Shown piece by piece: positions 18,090 to 27,805 of a DNA stretch of 64,000 nucleotides. Within the stretch, counting starts at the first letter, position 1, and each line of letters starts with the position of its first letter. The notes under the pieces were generated by a model. That model was given only the letters and a program-made list of their open reading frames with translations. It did no database searches and was not told where the DNA came from. Where the stretch lies: NCBI GenBank assembly GCA_965204725.1, contig OZ242005.1, positions 3,968,001 to 4,032,000 on the forward strand, given 5' to 3'. A program made the position numbers and the translations under genes. The stretch comes from Candidatus Latescibacterota bacterium. Its GTDB lineage: Bacteria > Latescibacterota > UBA2968 > UBA8231.

Positions 18090-18554
18090 ATGGCAGTAGC
18101 GATCAAGGTCACTGTCAATGGCCAGACCCACGAGCACGAGGTGGAGCCGCGCCTTATGCTCGTCAGCTATTTGCGCGAGGAGTTGGGCCTGACGGGCACC
18201 CACGTCGGCTGCGACACCAGCAACTGCGGTGCCTGTACCGCCATCGTCGATGGCCAAGCCGTCAAGGTCTGCACCATGCTCGCGGCGCAAGCCGACGGCA
18301 CGGAAATAACGACCATCGAAGAGCTTGCGGTCAACGGCGCGCTGCATCCGTTACAGGAAGCCTTCCGCGAGACCCACGGCTTGCAGTGCGGCTTTTGTAC
18401 GCCCGGCATGATTATGGCCGCTTGGCAGTTGCTAGACCGCAATGCAACGCCTAGCGACGCGGAAATCCGCCACGCGCTCGAAGGCAACTTTTGCCGCTGC
18501 ACGGGCTACGACAACATCATTAAGGCGGTCAAACGCGCCGCCGAGAGCGTCTAG
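18090..18554 (+). CDS. coxS: Molybdenum hydroxylase 2Fe-2S small subunit
   Basis: GCDTSNCGACT, QCGFCTPG, CRCTGY. Confidence 0.93.
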   Translation: MAVAIKVTVNGQTHEHEVEPRLMLVSYLREELGLTGTHVGCDTSNCGACTAIVDGQAVKVCTMLAAQADGTEITTIEELAVNGALHPLQEAFRETHGLQCGFCTPGMIMAAWQLLDRNATPSDAEIRHALEGNFCRCTGYDNIIKAVKRAAESV

Positions 18555-18563
18555 GAGGCCGCT

Positions 18564-20936
18564 ATGGGAGTCATAGGACAATCCGTCAAGCGCGTCGAAG
18601 ACCAGCGCTTTATCACCGGCAAGGGCCGCTACACCGATGACATTGCCCTGCCCAACTCGACCTTTGCGGCCATTGTGCGCAGCCCGCATGCCCACGCCGC
18701 GATTAAGGGCGTTGACACGACGGCCGCAGCCGCAGCCGCGGGCGTGGTCGCCATCTTTACGGGGGCCGACCTCGAAGCCGCGGGCGTCGGCGGCCTGCCC
18801 TGCGGCTGGCAGGTGGATTTCAAAAGCGGCGACACCATGAAGGAGCCGGCCCATCCGGTGCTGGCCGTGGCCAAGGTGCGCCACGTTGGCGACCCGGTTG
18901 CCATCGTCCTTGCCGAGAGCCGCGAGCAAGCGGCGGATGCCGCCGAGTTGGTGGCCGTGGAATACGAGGTCTTGGACGCGGTCGTCGCGGCGACTCAAGC
19001 AATAGCCGAGGGTGCGCCGCAGTTGTTCGACGATGTGCCCAACAACACGCCCTTCGACTGGGAGCTCGGCGATCGAGCGGCCACGGATGCGGCCTTAGCC
19101 CGTGCCGCGCACGTCACCACTTTGGAGTTCGACAACCAACGGCTCATTCCCAACGCGATTGAGCCGCGCTGCGCCCTTGGCGATTACGACGCCGCGCGCG
19201 ATCACTACACGCTCTACACCTCGTCGCAGAACCCCCATGTCATTCGCCTGCTGCTGACGGCGTTTGTCCTGAATCTGCCCGAGCACAAGGTGCGCGTGGT
19301 GTCGCCGGATGTGGGCGGTGGCTTTGGCTCCAAAATTTTTCACTATGCCGAAGAAGTCCTCGTCACGTGGTGTTCCCGCCAGATTGGTCGCCCGGTCAAG
19401 TGGACTTCCAGCCGCAGTGAGGCGTTCCTCACTGACGCCCACGGTCGTGATCACCACACCAAGGTCGAGCTCGGGCTCGACGCCGACGGCCACTTCGTCG
19501 GCCTGCGAGTCAAAACCGTCGCCAATCTCGGCGCGTACCTATCGACCTTTGCGCCCTGCGTACCCACGTATCTCTACGGCACACTCTTGCAGGGCCTGTA
19601 CACGACCCCGGCGGTTCACGTCGATGTCACGGGTGTTTTCACCAACACCACCCCGGTTGATGCGCTGCGCGGCGCGGGCCGTCCCGAGGCCACGTACGTC
19701 CTCGAGCGCACTGTCGAGCAGGCCGCCTTGGAGACGGGCCGCGACCCAGCCCAACTGCGGCGCAAAAACTTCATCCCACCCTTTGACGGCGTCGTGCAGG
19801 AAGGCTATCAGACCCAAGTGGCCCTGCAATACGACAGCGGCAACTACGAGCCCGCGCTCGAAAAAGCACTCGCGGCCGTGGGCTACGACGAACTGCGCGA
19901 AGAGCAGGCGGCGGCGCGCGCCGCCGGCAATGGCCGCTACCTCGGCATTGGCTTTTCGACCTATATCGAAGCCTGCGGCATCGCGCCCTCGGCCGTGGTC
20001 GGTGCCTTGGGTGCGCGCGCCGGCCTCTTTGAGAGCGCGGGCGTCCGCGTCCAGCCCACCGGCAAAGTCACCGTCTTCACCGGCAGCCACTCGCACGGGC
20101 AGGGCCACGAGACGACCTTCGCCCAAGTGGTAGCGGATGGGTTGGGCGTGGCGATCGCAGACGTGGACATCATTCACGGCGACACCGAGTCTGTGCCCTT
20201 TGGCATGGGCACTTACGGCTCGCGCTCGCTGGCCGTAGGCGGCACGGCCATCGTCAAGAGCATGGACAAGATCAAGGAGAAGGGGGCCAAGATCGCGGCC
20301 CACTTGCTCGAAGCCGCCGAAGAGGACCTCGAATTCGCCGAAGGGCGCTGGGCGGTCAAGGGCACCGACCAGTCGATTTCCTTCGCAGAGGTCGCGCTGG
20401 CCGCCTATGTGCCGCACAATTTTCCCGAAGGGCTGGAGCCGGGGCTGGAGTTTACCAGCTTCTACGACCCGGCCAATTTTACCTTTCCCTTTGGTGCTCA
20501 CATAGCCGTAGTGGAAGTGGATGCCGAAACGGGCGTGGTCGCGGTAAAGCGCTACGTCGCCGTTGACGACGTGGGCAATATCGTCAATCCCATGATCGTC
20601 GAGGGCCAAGTTCACGGCGGCATTACGCATGGCATTGGCCAAGCCCTATTTGAGGAGGCCGTGTACGACGACAGCGGCCAGCTCATTTCCGGCTCTTATA
20701 TGGACTACGTCCTGCCGCGCGCCGACGACCTGCCTTCCTTTGAAACCGATCACACTGTCACGCCCTGCCCACACAATCCCCTCGGCGTCAAGGGTGCTGG
20801 CGAGACCGGCACGATTGGCTCGCCGCCGGCCATTGTCAACGCCGTGCTCGACGCCCTGTGGCCTTTGGGCGTGCGCGACCTAGCGATGCCGCTGACGCCG
20901 CAGAAGGTGTGGCAGGCCATCCAGCAAGTTAGTTAA
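18564..20936 (+). CDS. coxL: Xanthine oxidase-family molybdopterin large subunit (form II CoxL-like)
   Basis: [18 protein letters not shown] (form II-type loop), GQGHET, GSRS, GVKGAGE. Confidence 0.9.
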   Translation: MGVIGQSVKRVEDQRFITGKGRYTDDIALPNSTFAAIVRSPHAHAAIKGVDTTAAAAAAGVVAIFTGADLEAAGVGGLPCGWQVDFKSGDTMKEPAHPVLAVAKVRHVGDPVAIVLAESREQAADAAELVAVEYEVLDAVVAATQAIAEGAPQLFDDVPNNTPFDWELGDRAATDAALARAAHVTTLEFDNQRLIPNAIEPRCALGDYDAARDHYTLYTSSQNPHVIRLLLTAFVLNLPEHKVRVVSPDVGGGFGSKIFHYAEEVLVTWCSRQIGRPVKWTSSRSEAFLTDAHGRDHHTKVELGLDADGHFVGLRVKTVANLGAYLSTFAPCVPTYLYGTLLQGLYTTPAVHVDVTGVFTNTTPVDALRGAGRPEATYVLERTVEQAALETGRDPAQLRRKNFIPPFDGVVQEGYQTQVALQYDSGNYEPALEKALAAVGYDELREEQAAARAAGNGRYLGIGFSTYIEACGIAPSAVVGALGARAGLFESAGVRVQPTGKVTVFTGSHSHGQGHETTFAQVVADGLGVAIADVDIIHGDTESVPFGMGTYGSRSLAVGGTAIVKSMDKIKEKGAKIAAHLLEAAEEDLEFAEGRWAVKGTDQSISFAEVALAAYVPHNFPEGLEPGLEFTSFYDPANFTFPFGAHIAVVEVDAETGVVAVKRYVAVDDVGNIVNPMIVEGQVHGGITHGIGQALFEEAVYDDSGQLISGSYMDYVLPRADDLPSFETDHTVTPCPHNPLGVKGAGETGTIGSPPAIVNAVLDALWPLGVRDLAMPLTPQKVWQAIQQVS

Positions 20937-20949
20937 GGAGAAGCCGACC

Positions 20950-21765
20950 ATGATACCTGTCGCGTTTGACTATCATCGTCCCTCTTCAGTAGATGAGGCG
21001 ATTCAGCTCCTCGCGGACGACGCCAAGCTCTTGGCGGGCGGCCACAGCCTGTTACCGGCCATGAAGCTCCGCCTGTCGGCCCCGGGTGCGCTAATCGACA
21101 TTGGGCGGCTCGCGGAGTGCAACTACATCCGCGAGGAGGGCGACGCCGTAGCCATCGGCGCGGTCACCACCCATCACCAGATTGCGACCTCGCCCCTGAC
21201 CAACGCTCGCGTCGCCGCACTGGCCCAAGCGGCCGCGGTCATCGGCGATCCCCAAGTACGCAATAAGGGGACCATTGGCGGCTCTTTGGCGCACGCCGAC
21301 CCGGCCGCCGACTACCCGGCTGCGATCTTGGCACTGGGTGCTGAGATCAAGGTCAAGAGCGAGGAGGGCGAGCGCGTGATTCCCGCGGACGAGTTCTTTA
21401 TCGACTTGTTTTTGACCGCACTCGCGCCGGACGAAATCATCACCGAGGTGCGAGTCCCGGCCGCGGAAAGGTCAGCGTACTGCAAGTTTCCGCATCCGGC
21501 CTCGCGCTTTGCCGTCGTCGGCTGCGCCGCAGCTTCGGCCAGAGGCGCGGTTCAGGTGGCCTTTACAGGCGTGGCCAATGCGGCCTTCCGCGATACCGGG
21601 GTTGAAGCGGCCCTCAGCGGCGGCTTGAGTGAGGAGGCGATCGCCGCGGCCGCGGCTCGGGCGGCCGACGGGCAAGACGTGCTCTCCGACCACTTTGCCG
21701 GCGAAGAGTACCGCCGCCACTTGGCTAAAGTTTTCGCCCGCAAGGCGCTGGCGACCATCGCTTGA
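20950..21765 (+). CDS. coxM: Molybdenum hydroxylase FAD medium subunit
   Basis: LAGGHSL, QVRNKGTIGGS, ADPAAD. Confidence 0.92.
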   Translation: MIPVAFDYHRPSSVDEAIQLLADDAKLLAGGHSLLPAMKLRLSAPGALIDIGRLAECNYIREEGDAVAIGAVTTHHQIATSPLTNARVAALAQAAAVIGDPQVRNKGTIGGSLAHADPAADYPAAILALGAEIKVKSEEGERVIPADEFFIDLFLTALAPDEIITEVRVPAAERSAYCKFPHPASRFAVVGCAAASARGAVQVAFTGVANAAFRDTGVEAALSGGLSEEAIAAAAARAADGQDVLSDHFAGEEYRRHLAKVFARKALATIA

Positions 21766-21786
21766 GTACCAATCGCGCCTAACAGG

Positions 21787-21828
21787 ATAGCCCCCGATGC
21801 CGGTTGAGCGTCGGGGGCTATTTTTATT
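21787..21828 (+). terminator. Rho-independent terminator
   Basis: ATAGCCCCCGATGC / GCGTCGGGGGCTAT hairpin followed by T tract, just after coxM. Confidence 0.85.
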
Positions 21829-21928
21829 GAGTCAGCTATGTCGTCCCGGTCAGCAGGTGTTGATCTTTTAGGATGGGACATCCTATCATTTTTCTTAAAG
21901 TTACAGCAATATACAACATCTCTTAAAT

Positions 21929-21946
21929 GATTTAGGATTGCTATAT
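21929..21946. repeat. Solo MITE/IS-like terminal repeat
   Basis: GATTTAGGATTGCTATAT, same motif as ends of the 58793-58938 element and the copy at 35246. Confidence 0.55.
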
Positions 21947-22032
21947 CACAACAAGGCGATTTCTTTACACGGGTTGACCCGGTAGCCTATCTTGTCGGCT
22001 GTAAAGCCCTATTCGGGATATGGAGCAAGACC

Positions 22033-23598
22033 ATGCTAAAGGTGAAACCCGATTCGTCACAGCCAGCCAAGCGCAAACTGCCCATCGGCATTCAGACCTT
22101 CCGCGAGATTCGCGAGGACAACTGCTACTACGTCGATAAGACCGCGTACATAGCGCGGCTGGTCACCGAGGGCAAGCACTACTTCCTGTCGCGTCCCCGC
22201 CGGTTTGGCAAGAGCCTGTTTCTCGATACGCTGAAGGAGGTGTTCGAGGGCAACGAGCCGCTGTTTAAGGGGCTGGCCATTTACGACCAGTGGGATTGGT
22301 CGGTGCGCCACCCCGTGCTGCGACTGAGCTTTGGCAGCGGCAACTTCAAGGAGCCGGGCAATCTGCACAAGGAGGCGATGGCCCAATTGGGCACCATAGA
22401 GAAAGTTGACGGCTGCGACACCGCACCGGCTTACTTTCGGCATTTGCTTCGGACGCTGCACCAACGGACCGGCCAGCCGGTGGCGGTGCTGATTGACGAG
22501 TACGACAAGCCCATTCTAGACGCGCTGGAGGAACCAGAAGTCGCTCGCGCCAACCGCGACTATTTGCGCAGCTTGTACGCAACGATCAAGGACAGCGACG
22601 CACACATCGCTTTTACCTTCCTCACCGGCGTGAGCAAGTTTTCCAAGGTCAGCTTGTTCTCCGGCCTCAACAACCTCATCGACATCACCCTAAACCCGCA
22701 CTACTCCGCCATCTGCGGCTACACCGAGGCGGACTTAGACGCGGTGTTCGCCCCGGAGTTGCCCGGCTTGAACCGAGATGAAATACGCACGTGGTACAAC
22801 GGCTACAACTGGTTGGGCGAGGAAGCTGTGTACAACCCCTTTGACGTGTTGCTGCTGTTCTACAACCGTCGATTCGGGGCCTACTGGTTTGAGACGGGTA
22901 CGCCGACGTTTCTGCTTGAGATGTTGTTGGAGCGCGGGATCAGTGCTCTAACCTTAGACGACATGCTCGGCAGCGAGGAGTTGCTGTCGGCGTTTGACGT
23001 GGACCACATTGCGACCGAGGCACTGCTGTTCCAGACCGGCTACCTGACCATTCGCCGCAGTGAGTTGCGCGGCGGGGAGATGTTCTATCGGCTGGGCTAT
23101 CCCAACCGGGAGGTGCAGCAGAGCCTGAACAAGAGCTTGCTGAGTCACCTGACGGGCAACCCATCGCGCCAAGTTGAGCACAGTGCTCGGCTGTACGATC
23201 TGCTGTTGGTCAACGATTTCGATGGCTTGAAAAAGCTGTTCGAGGCGTTCTTTGCCAGCATTCCCTACCAATGGCATACGAATAATGAGATTGCCAACTA
23301 CGAAGGCTATTACGCCAGCGTGTTCTACTCATACTTCGCGTCGCTGGGGCTGGCGATCACCGTGGAGGACAGCAGCCGGGAGGGTCGCCTCGACATGGCG
23401 GTTGAGTTCAATGGGAACGTGTACCTGTTCGAGTTCAAGGTGGTGGAACGGGCGTCATCGGGGGCGGCGATCAAGCAATTGAAGGAGCGGGACTACGCGG
23501 CCAAGTATCGCGGGCGAGGCGAGGCGATTTTCCTGATTGGGGTGGAGTTCAGTCGGGAGACCCGCACTTTAGCGGCTTTCGAGGTGGAGAGTACGTGA
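22033..23598 (+). CDS. AAA-ATPase-like protein with C-terminal PD-(D/E)XK nuclease (DUF1703 type)
   Basis: LPIGIQTF, YYVDKT, RPRRFGKS, LIDEYDKP, GRLDM...FEFK. Confidence 0.92.
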   Translation: MLKVKPDSSQPAKRKLPIGIQTFREIREDNCYYVDKTAYIARLVTEGKHYFLSRPRRFGKSLFLDTLKEVFEGNEPLFKGLAIYDQWDWSVRHPVLRLSFGSGNFKEPGNLHKEAMAQLGTIEKVDGCDTAPAYFRHLLRTLHQRTGQPVAVLIDEYDKPILDALEEPEVARANRDYLRSLYATIKDSDAHIAFTFLTGVSKFSKVSLFSGLNNLIDITLNPHYSAICGYTEADLDAVFAPELPGLNRDEIRTWYNGYNWLGEEAVYNPFDVLLLFYNRRFGAYWFETGTPTFLLEMLLERGISALTLDDMLGSEELLSAFDVDHIATEALLFQTGYLTIRRSELRGGEMFYRLGYPNREVQQSLNKSLLSHLTGNPSRQVEHSARLYDLLLVNDFDGLKKLFEAFFASIPYQWHTNNEIANYEGYYASVFYSYFASLGLAITVEDSSREGRLDMAVEFNGNVYLFEFKVVERASSGAAIKQLKERDYAAKYRGRGEAIFLIGVEFSRETRTLAAFEVEST

Positions 23599-23655
23599 AT
23601 GTTGCCTCATAGCACCTGTTGCGCTGCCACCGCCGAGCACTTAGCGTAGCCCGTT

Positions 23656-24669
23656 ATGTCCAGCACATCGGCCATCCAGACCACGACCGTCGGCTCCTAT
23701 CCCGTCCCGGACTGGCTCCAAGCCCTGCCCTCCGAGCAGGCCCTCGTCGATGCCACCCGCGTAGTGTTCGACACCCAGCGCCAAGCCGGCATTGACCTGC
23801 CCACCGACGGCGAGCTATACCGCTTCGACATCAACCACCCAGACACCAACGGCATGATCGAGTACTTCGTCCGGCCCATGGGCGGCACCCGCGCGGAATT
23901 TGGCCGCCGTGAGGCCGAGGAGTTCGCCGCCAAACAAAGCATGGGTTTCCGGGCCAAGCCCGCGGCCGTAGTAGAGGCCGAACTCAGCGCGGGCGGCCTC
24001 AACCTGCTTGCCGACTGTGCCCGCGCCGCAGCCGTGGCCGGCGGCCCCTTCAAGTTCACCCTGACTAGCCCCTACATGCTAGCTCGCACCCTCCTCGATC
24101 GCCACTACGGCGACTTTGCCGCGCTCTTGATGGCCGTTGCCCATGTCCTCGCCGATCAGGTCCGCGGCCTGCCCTGCGCCTGCGTCCAAATCGACGAGGC
24201 CAACATCCCCGGCAACCCAGCCGATGGCCCGCTCGCGGCCCGCGCCATCAACGCCGTACTCGACAGCATCAACGCGAGCACCCAAAAGGCGGTCCACTTC
24301 TGCTTTGGCAACTACGGCGGCCAGACCATCCAGCAGGGCGAGTGGCGCACTCTGCTCGACTTTCTCAACGAACTGCGCGCCGATCACTTGGTGCTCGAGC
24401 TCGCCCATCGCCCGGCGAGCGACCTGAACGCCCTGCAACACGTCAACCCGCGCCTCGGCCTCGGCCTCGGCGTGATCGACATCAAGGTCAACCACATCGA
24501 AACGGCCGAAGAGATCGCCCGCCGCATAGAAGCCGCGGTCGCCGCGGTCGGACCCGACCGCATTCGCTTCATCCACCCAGACTGCGGCTTTTGGATGCTC
24601 AAACGCTCCATCGCCGACCGCAAAATCGCAGCACTGGCCCAAGGGCGCGATCTGTACTTGGGGCTTTAA
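23656..24669 (+). CDS. Cobalamin-independent methionine synthase catalytic-domain protein (Meth_synt_2)
   Basis: TTVGSYP, TDGE, QIDEA, HFCFGNY and PDCG zinc ligands. Confidence 0.88.
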   Translation: MSSTSAIQTTTVGSYPVPDWLQALPSEQALVDATRVVFDTQRQAGIDLPTDGELYRFDINHPDTNGMIEYFVRPMGGTRAEFGRREAEEFAAKQSMGFRAKPAAVVEAELSAGGLNLLADCARAAAVAGGPFKFTLTSPYMLARTLLDRHYGDFAALLMAVAHVLADQVRGLPCACVQIDEANIPGNPADGPLAARAINAVLDSINASTQKAVHFCFGNYGGQTIQQGEWRTLLDFLNELRADHLVLELAHRPASDLNALQHVNPRLGLGLGVIDIKVNHIETAEEIARRIEAAVAAVGPDRIRFIHPDCGFWMLKRSIADRKIAALAQGRDLYLGL

Positions 24670-24676
24670 GTAGGAG

Positions 24677-25411
24677 TTAAGGACCGGTGGGGCGCATGAT
24701 GCTGAGAATCTGGCCGGTCATGCCGCTGGCCGGGGGTTGCGCGGCGAGGAAGAGCGCCGTGGCAACGACCTGTTCTGGCTCCTTCCACGGGTCGCTTGCG
24801 GCGCGAAAGCTGCTGGCTTCTTGCCAAGCTGGTTTTGACAGCTCCGTCCTGACCGGGCCGGGTATGAAAACGTTGGCGATAATGCCCTCGCTCCACACTT
24901 CTTCTGCAATAGCTTGAGTCAATCCGTGCAAGGCCGCTTTGGACGCACAATAGACGCTGATATCCGCGTGGCCGACTTGGCCCATGCCAGAGCCGACGTT
25001 GATGATGTTCCCGCAGCCCTGCCGCCGCATAATGGGCAATACCGCACGGCAACAGCGCACGACACCCATGACGTTAATTTGCCACGCCTGCTCCCACTGT
25101 TCATCGGTCGCGTCCAAAAACAGCCCGCGCGGATTGACGCCGGCGTTGTTGACGAGAATATCGATCCGGCCGAATCGCTCTACTGTTTTCTGTACGAGGC
25201 GTTCCACCTCGGCGCGCACCCGCAAATCGGTCGGCACCGCAAGGGACTCGCCGCCCTGCGCGGCAATAGCGGCTTCTACTTCGTCGAGCTGAGCCGCGCT
25301 GCGCGCCGCAATGGCGACCTGTGCGCCCTCGGCAGCATAGCCCATGGCGATAGCGCGGCCAATGCCGCGACCCCCGCCTGTGACGAGGGCGACTTTGTCT
25401 TTGAGTTGCAT
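24677..25411 (-). CDS. Short-chain dehydrogenase/reductase
   Basis: TGGGRGIG, NNAG, YCASK. Confidence 0.93.
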   Translation of the reverse strand: MQLKDKVALVTGGGRGIGRAIAMGYAAEGAQVAIAARSAAQLDEVEAAIAAQGGESLAVPTDLRVRAEVERLVQKTVERFGRIDILVNNAGVNPRGLFLDATDEQWEQAWQINVMGVVRCCRAVLPIMRRQGCGNIINVGSGMGQVGHADISVYCASKAALHGLTQAIAEEVWSEGIIANVFIPGPVRTELSKPAWQEASSFRAASDPWKEPEQVVATALFLAAQPPASGMTGQILSIMRPTGP

Positions 25412-25418
25412 GGTTGCG

Positions 25419-26396
25419 TTATGCGCGCAAGTACCCGGCGACCTCTTTGGCGAAATAAGTCAAAATCATGTCCGCACCGGCTCGCTTGATCCCAGTCAAC
25501 ACTTCCATGATGGCCTGCTCGCGCTCGACCCACCCCCGCTCTGCGGCCGCCACAATCATCCCGAACTCGCCGGAGACGTTGTACGCGGCAATGGGCACGT
25601 CAAAGGCTTGGCGAGCGGCGGCGATTACGTCGAGATAGGCCAGCGCTGGCTTGACCATCACCACATCGGCTCCTTCCGCAATATCGAGCGCGATCTCCTT
25701 GAGCGCCTCGCGGCCATTGGCTGGGTCCATCTGATAGCTCTTCTTGTCGCCCTTCTTGGGTGCCGACTGGAGCGCGTCGCGGAACGGGCCGTAAAAGCAC
25801 GAAGCATACTTGGCCGAATACGCCAAGATGCCGACGTTTTTATAACCGGCCGCGTCGAGGGCTTGGCGGATCCCGCCGACCCGGCCATCCATCATGTCTG
25901 AAGGCGCGACCCAATCGACGCCCGCTTCGGCGTGCGAAAGAGCCATCTTGCACAACACCTCTACGGTCTCGTCGTTGACGACCTCGCCATTGACGACCAA
26001 GCCGTCGTGGCCGTGGTAGGTATAAGGGTCGAGGGCCACATCGGTCTGCACACAGAGCGCGGGCACTGCGGCTTTGAGGCTGCGAATCGCTCGTTGGATC
26101 AAGCCCTGCGGGTCGTAGGACTGGGTGGCTTGATCGTCCTTTTGATCCGAGTAGCCGAAGAGGTTGACCGCAGGGACGCCCAACTCCCACAGCGCACGGC
26201 ATTCATCAACCAACTCGTCGATCGAAAAGCGATATTGGCCGGGCATGTCGTCGATGGGAACGCGCATTTTTTCGCCTTCAGTGACAAACAGCGGGCAGAT
26301 TAGGTCATCAACGCGCAAATGGGTCTCGCGCACCAAGCTACGCACCGCTGCTGAGCACCGGAGTCGTCGAGGTCTTTTCCTCAATTCCACGGCCAT
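25419..26396 (-). CDS. hemB: Porphobilinogen synthase (ALA dehydratase), Asp-rich Mg-type metal site
   Basis: RPRRLR, DVALDPYTYHGHDG, APSDMMDGR, YGPFRDA, MVKPA, AYNVSGE. Confidence 0.97.
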   Translation of the reverse strand: MAVELRKRPRRLRCSAAVRSLVRETHLRVDDLICPLFVTEGEKMRVPIDDMPGQYRFSIDELVDECRALWELGVPAVNLFGYSDQKDDQATQSYDPQGLIQRAIRSLKAAVPALCVQTDVALDPYTYHGHDGLVVNGEVVNDETVEVLCKMALSHAEAGVDWVAPSDMMDGRVGGIRQALDAAGYKNVGILAYSAKYASCFYGPFRDALQSAPKKGDKKSYQMDPANGREALKEIALDIAEGADVVMVKPALAYLDVIAAARQAFDVPIAAYNVSGEFGMIVAAAERGWVEREQAIMEVLTGIKRAGADMILTYFAKEVAGYLRA

Positions 26397-26399
26397 CTC

Positions 26400-26507
26400 C
26401 TACGCGCCGCGCACGAGACGGTGCCATTCAGCGATGGCCCGCGAATGTTCATCGTCGTCGGCGTCGAGAACTGCGTAAAGCGCGGAGGTATCGACGAGGA
26501 CGCTCAC
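26400..26507 (-). pseudogene. Truncated VapC/PIN toxin remnant (35 aa)
   Basis: GTG 26507 overlaps antitoxin stop; VSVLVDTSALYAVLDADDDEHSRAIAEWHRLVRGA* is a PIN N-terminus only. Confidence 0.75.
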
Positions 26508-26755
26508 CTGCGGTAAGCCTCCTGCAGGTAGAGGTCGTGTTGCGAAGCCCCATCGCCGCGGCCGGATCGGAATTGGCCGGCCACCGCGATCGCACGTTCG
26601 ATGCGTTCGTCATCGGTCGCGGCTGTCTCCGCCGAACGCAAAAGGAGGTCAACCCCTTGGCGAATCACCGTCGCCATCGAAACCTGCCGCTCAGCGGCGA
26701 TCCGCTTGACGTGCCGCGCCTGTTCGTCGGTCAGTTGAATCTGTGTGCGAATCAC
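26504..26755 (-). CDS. CopG/ribbon-helix-helix antitoxin (VapB-like)
   Basis: RTQIQLT...SMATVIRQGVD; C-terminal SQHDLYL typical of VapB partners. Confidence 0.85.
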   Translation of the reverse strand: MIRTQIQLTDEQARHVKRIAAERQVSMATVIRQGVDLLLRSAETAATDDERIERAIAVAGQFRSGRGDGASQHDLYLQEAYRR

Positions 26756-26768
26756 TTGAATAGCTCCA

Positions 26769-26797
26769 TGTTATCACATCATGTCACAATGATAACA
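26769..26797. promoter_or_regulatory. Inverted repeat, likely antitoxin autoregulatory operator
   Basis: TGTTATCA-N13-TGATAACA just upstream of the antitoxin start. Confidence 0.55.
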
Positions 26798-26897
26798 AAT
26801 CGCCTAGCGGAAGCAATCCGACGCTTGGTTGGCAAGTTGATCTAACGTTTCTGACTGTGCATCTTCTGCAAACTTCAGTATCGAATCTCGAAAGCCA

Positions 26898-27587
26898 ATG
26901 AGCCATTCCGTCCGACGCCATCTGCGCGTTGAAATTGATGCGTACGATAAGATCATCCGCGCCTTTGTTCCCGCCTACGAGGAGATGCTGGCACGTGCCG
27001 CGGATGCCGTTGCCGAAATCGAGCCGAAAAAAGTGATTGATCTCGGCGCGGGCACCGGCGCGTTGGCGCAAGCTGTATTGCGGCGATGTGAGGGGGCCAA
27101 GGTCGAGCTAATCGACGCCGATGCCGAGATGCTCGCGCAGGCCCGCGAGCGGCTCGCCCCTTTTGCGGGCCGAGTGCAGTACACAGTGCGAGCGTTCCAA
27201 GGCCCGCTACCTACCTGCGACGCAGTGGTCGCCTCCCTCGCGCTACACCACGTTCCCACAATGGCTGAAAAACGAACGATCTTCGGCGCGATTTACGCCG
27301 CGTTGCGACCGGGCGGCGTATTCGTCAACGCGGATGCGACCATGCCCCCCGATCCATCCGCTCGCCAAGCCGAATACGAGGCTTGGGCGGCCCACCTCGT
27401 CTCCTGCGGCATCGCCGAAGAGTGCGCCTATAGCCATTTTGAGAAATGGGCCGACGAGGACACCTACTTTCCGGTGGAAGACGAACTCGCCGCGCTGACG
27501 GACGCCGGTTTCGACACGGCCTGTCTATGGCGCGTCGTGCCTGTCACAGTCATAAAAGCGGCTAAAGCCCCTAAGAAGCGTTCTTAA
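26898..27587 (+). CDS. Class I SAM-dependent methyltransferase
   Basis: IDLGAGTG, SLALHH, LRPGGVFVNAD. Confidence 0.9.
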   Translation: MSHSVRRHLRVEIDAYDKIIRAFVPAYEEMLARAADAVAEIEPKKVIDLGAGTGALAQAVLRRCEGAKVELIDADAEMLAQARERLAPFAGRVQYTVRAFQGPLPTCDAVVASLALHHVPTMAEKRTIFGAIYAALRPGGVFVNADATMPPDPSARQAEYEAWAAHLVSCGIAEECAYSHFEKWADEDTYFPVEDELAALTDAGFDTACLWRVVPVTVIKAAKAPKKRS

Positions 27588-27630
27588 CACTCCTGTTGCT
27601 TTTGGCTCGTCGTGCCTGACGACGCGAGGG

Positions 27631-27657
27631 GTCATTCCCGCGAACGCGGGAATCCAG
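27631..27657. repeat. REP-like palindrome
   Basis: GTCATTCCCGCGAACGCGGGAATCCAG, intergenic; related to composite copies at 56787 and 58858. Confidence 0.7.
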
Positions 27658-27805
27658 AAAAGGACCCAGCCCAATCAGAATAAGAACGCTTCTAAGTGAG
27701 TGCGGCTTGGCATCGCCGCTGATGATTGGCCACAAATTTGGCCTCGGCCCGTCGCGCCCTTACTTTTTCAGGCCACCATTCACCGCAGCCCCGAGCCGAG
27801 CTATT

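Noticed and set aside
19539-20642. 367-aa antisense ORF
   Set aside because: Shadow of coxL caused by high-GC codon bias
18564-20936. True aerobic CO dehydrogenase (form I)
   Set aside because: Lacks the AYXCSFR Cu-binding motif and the coxMSL-DEF order
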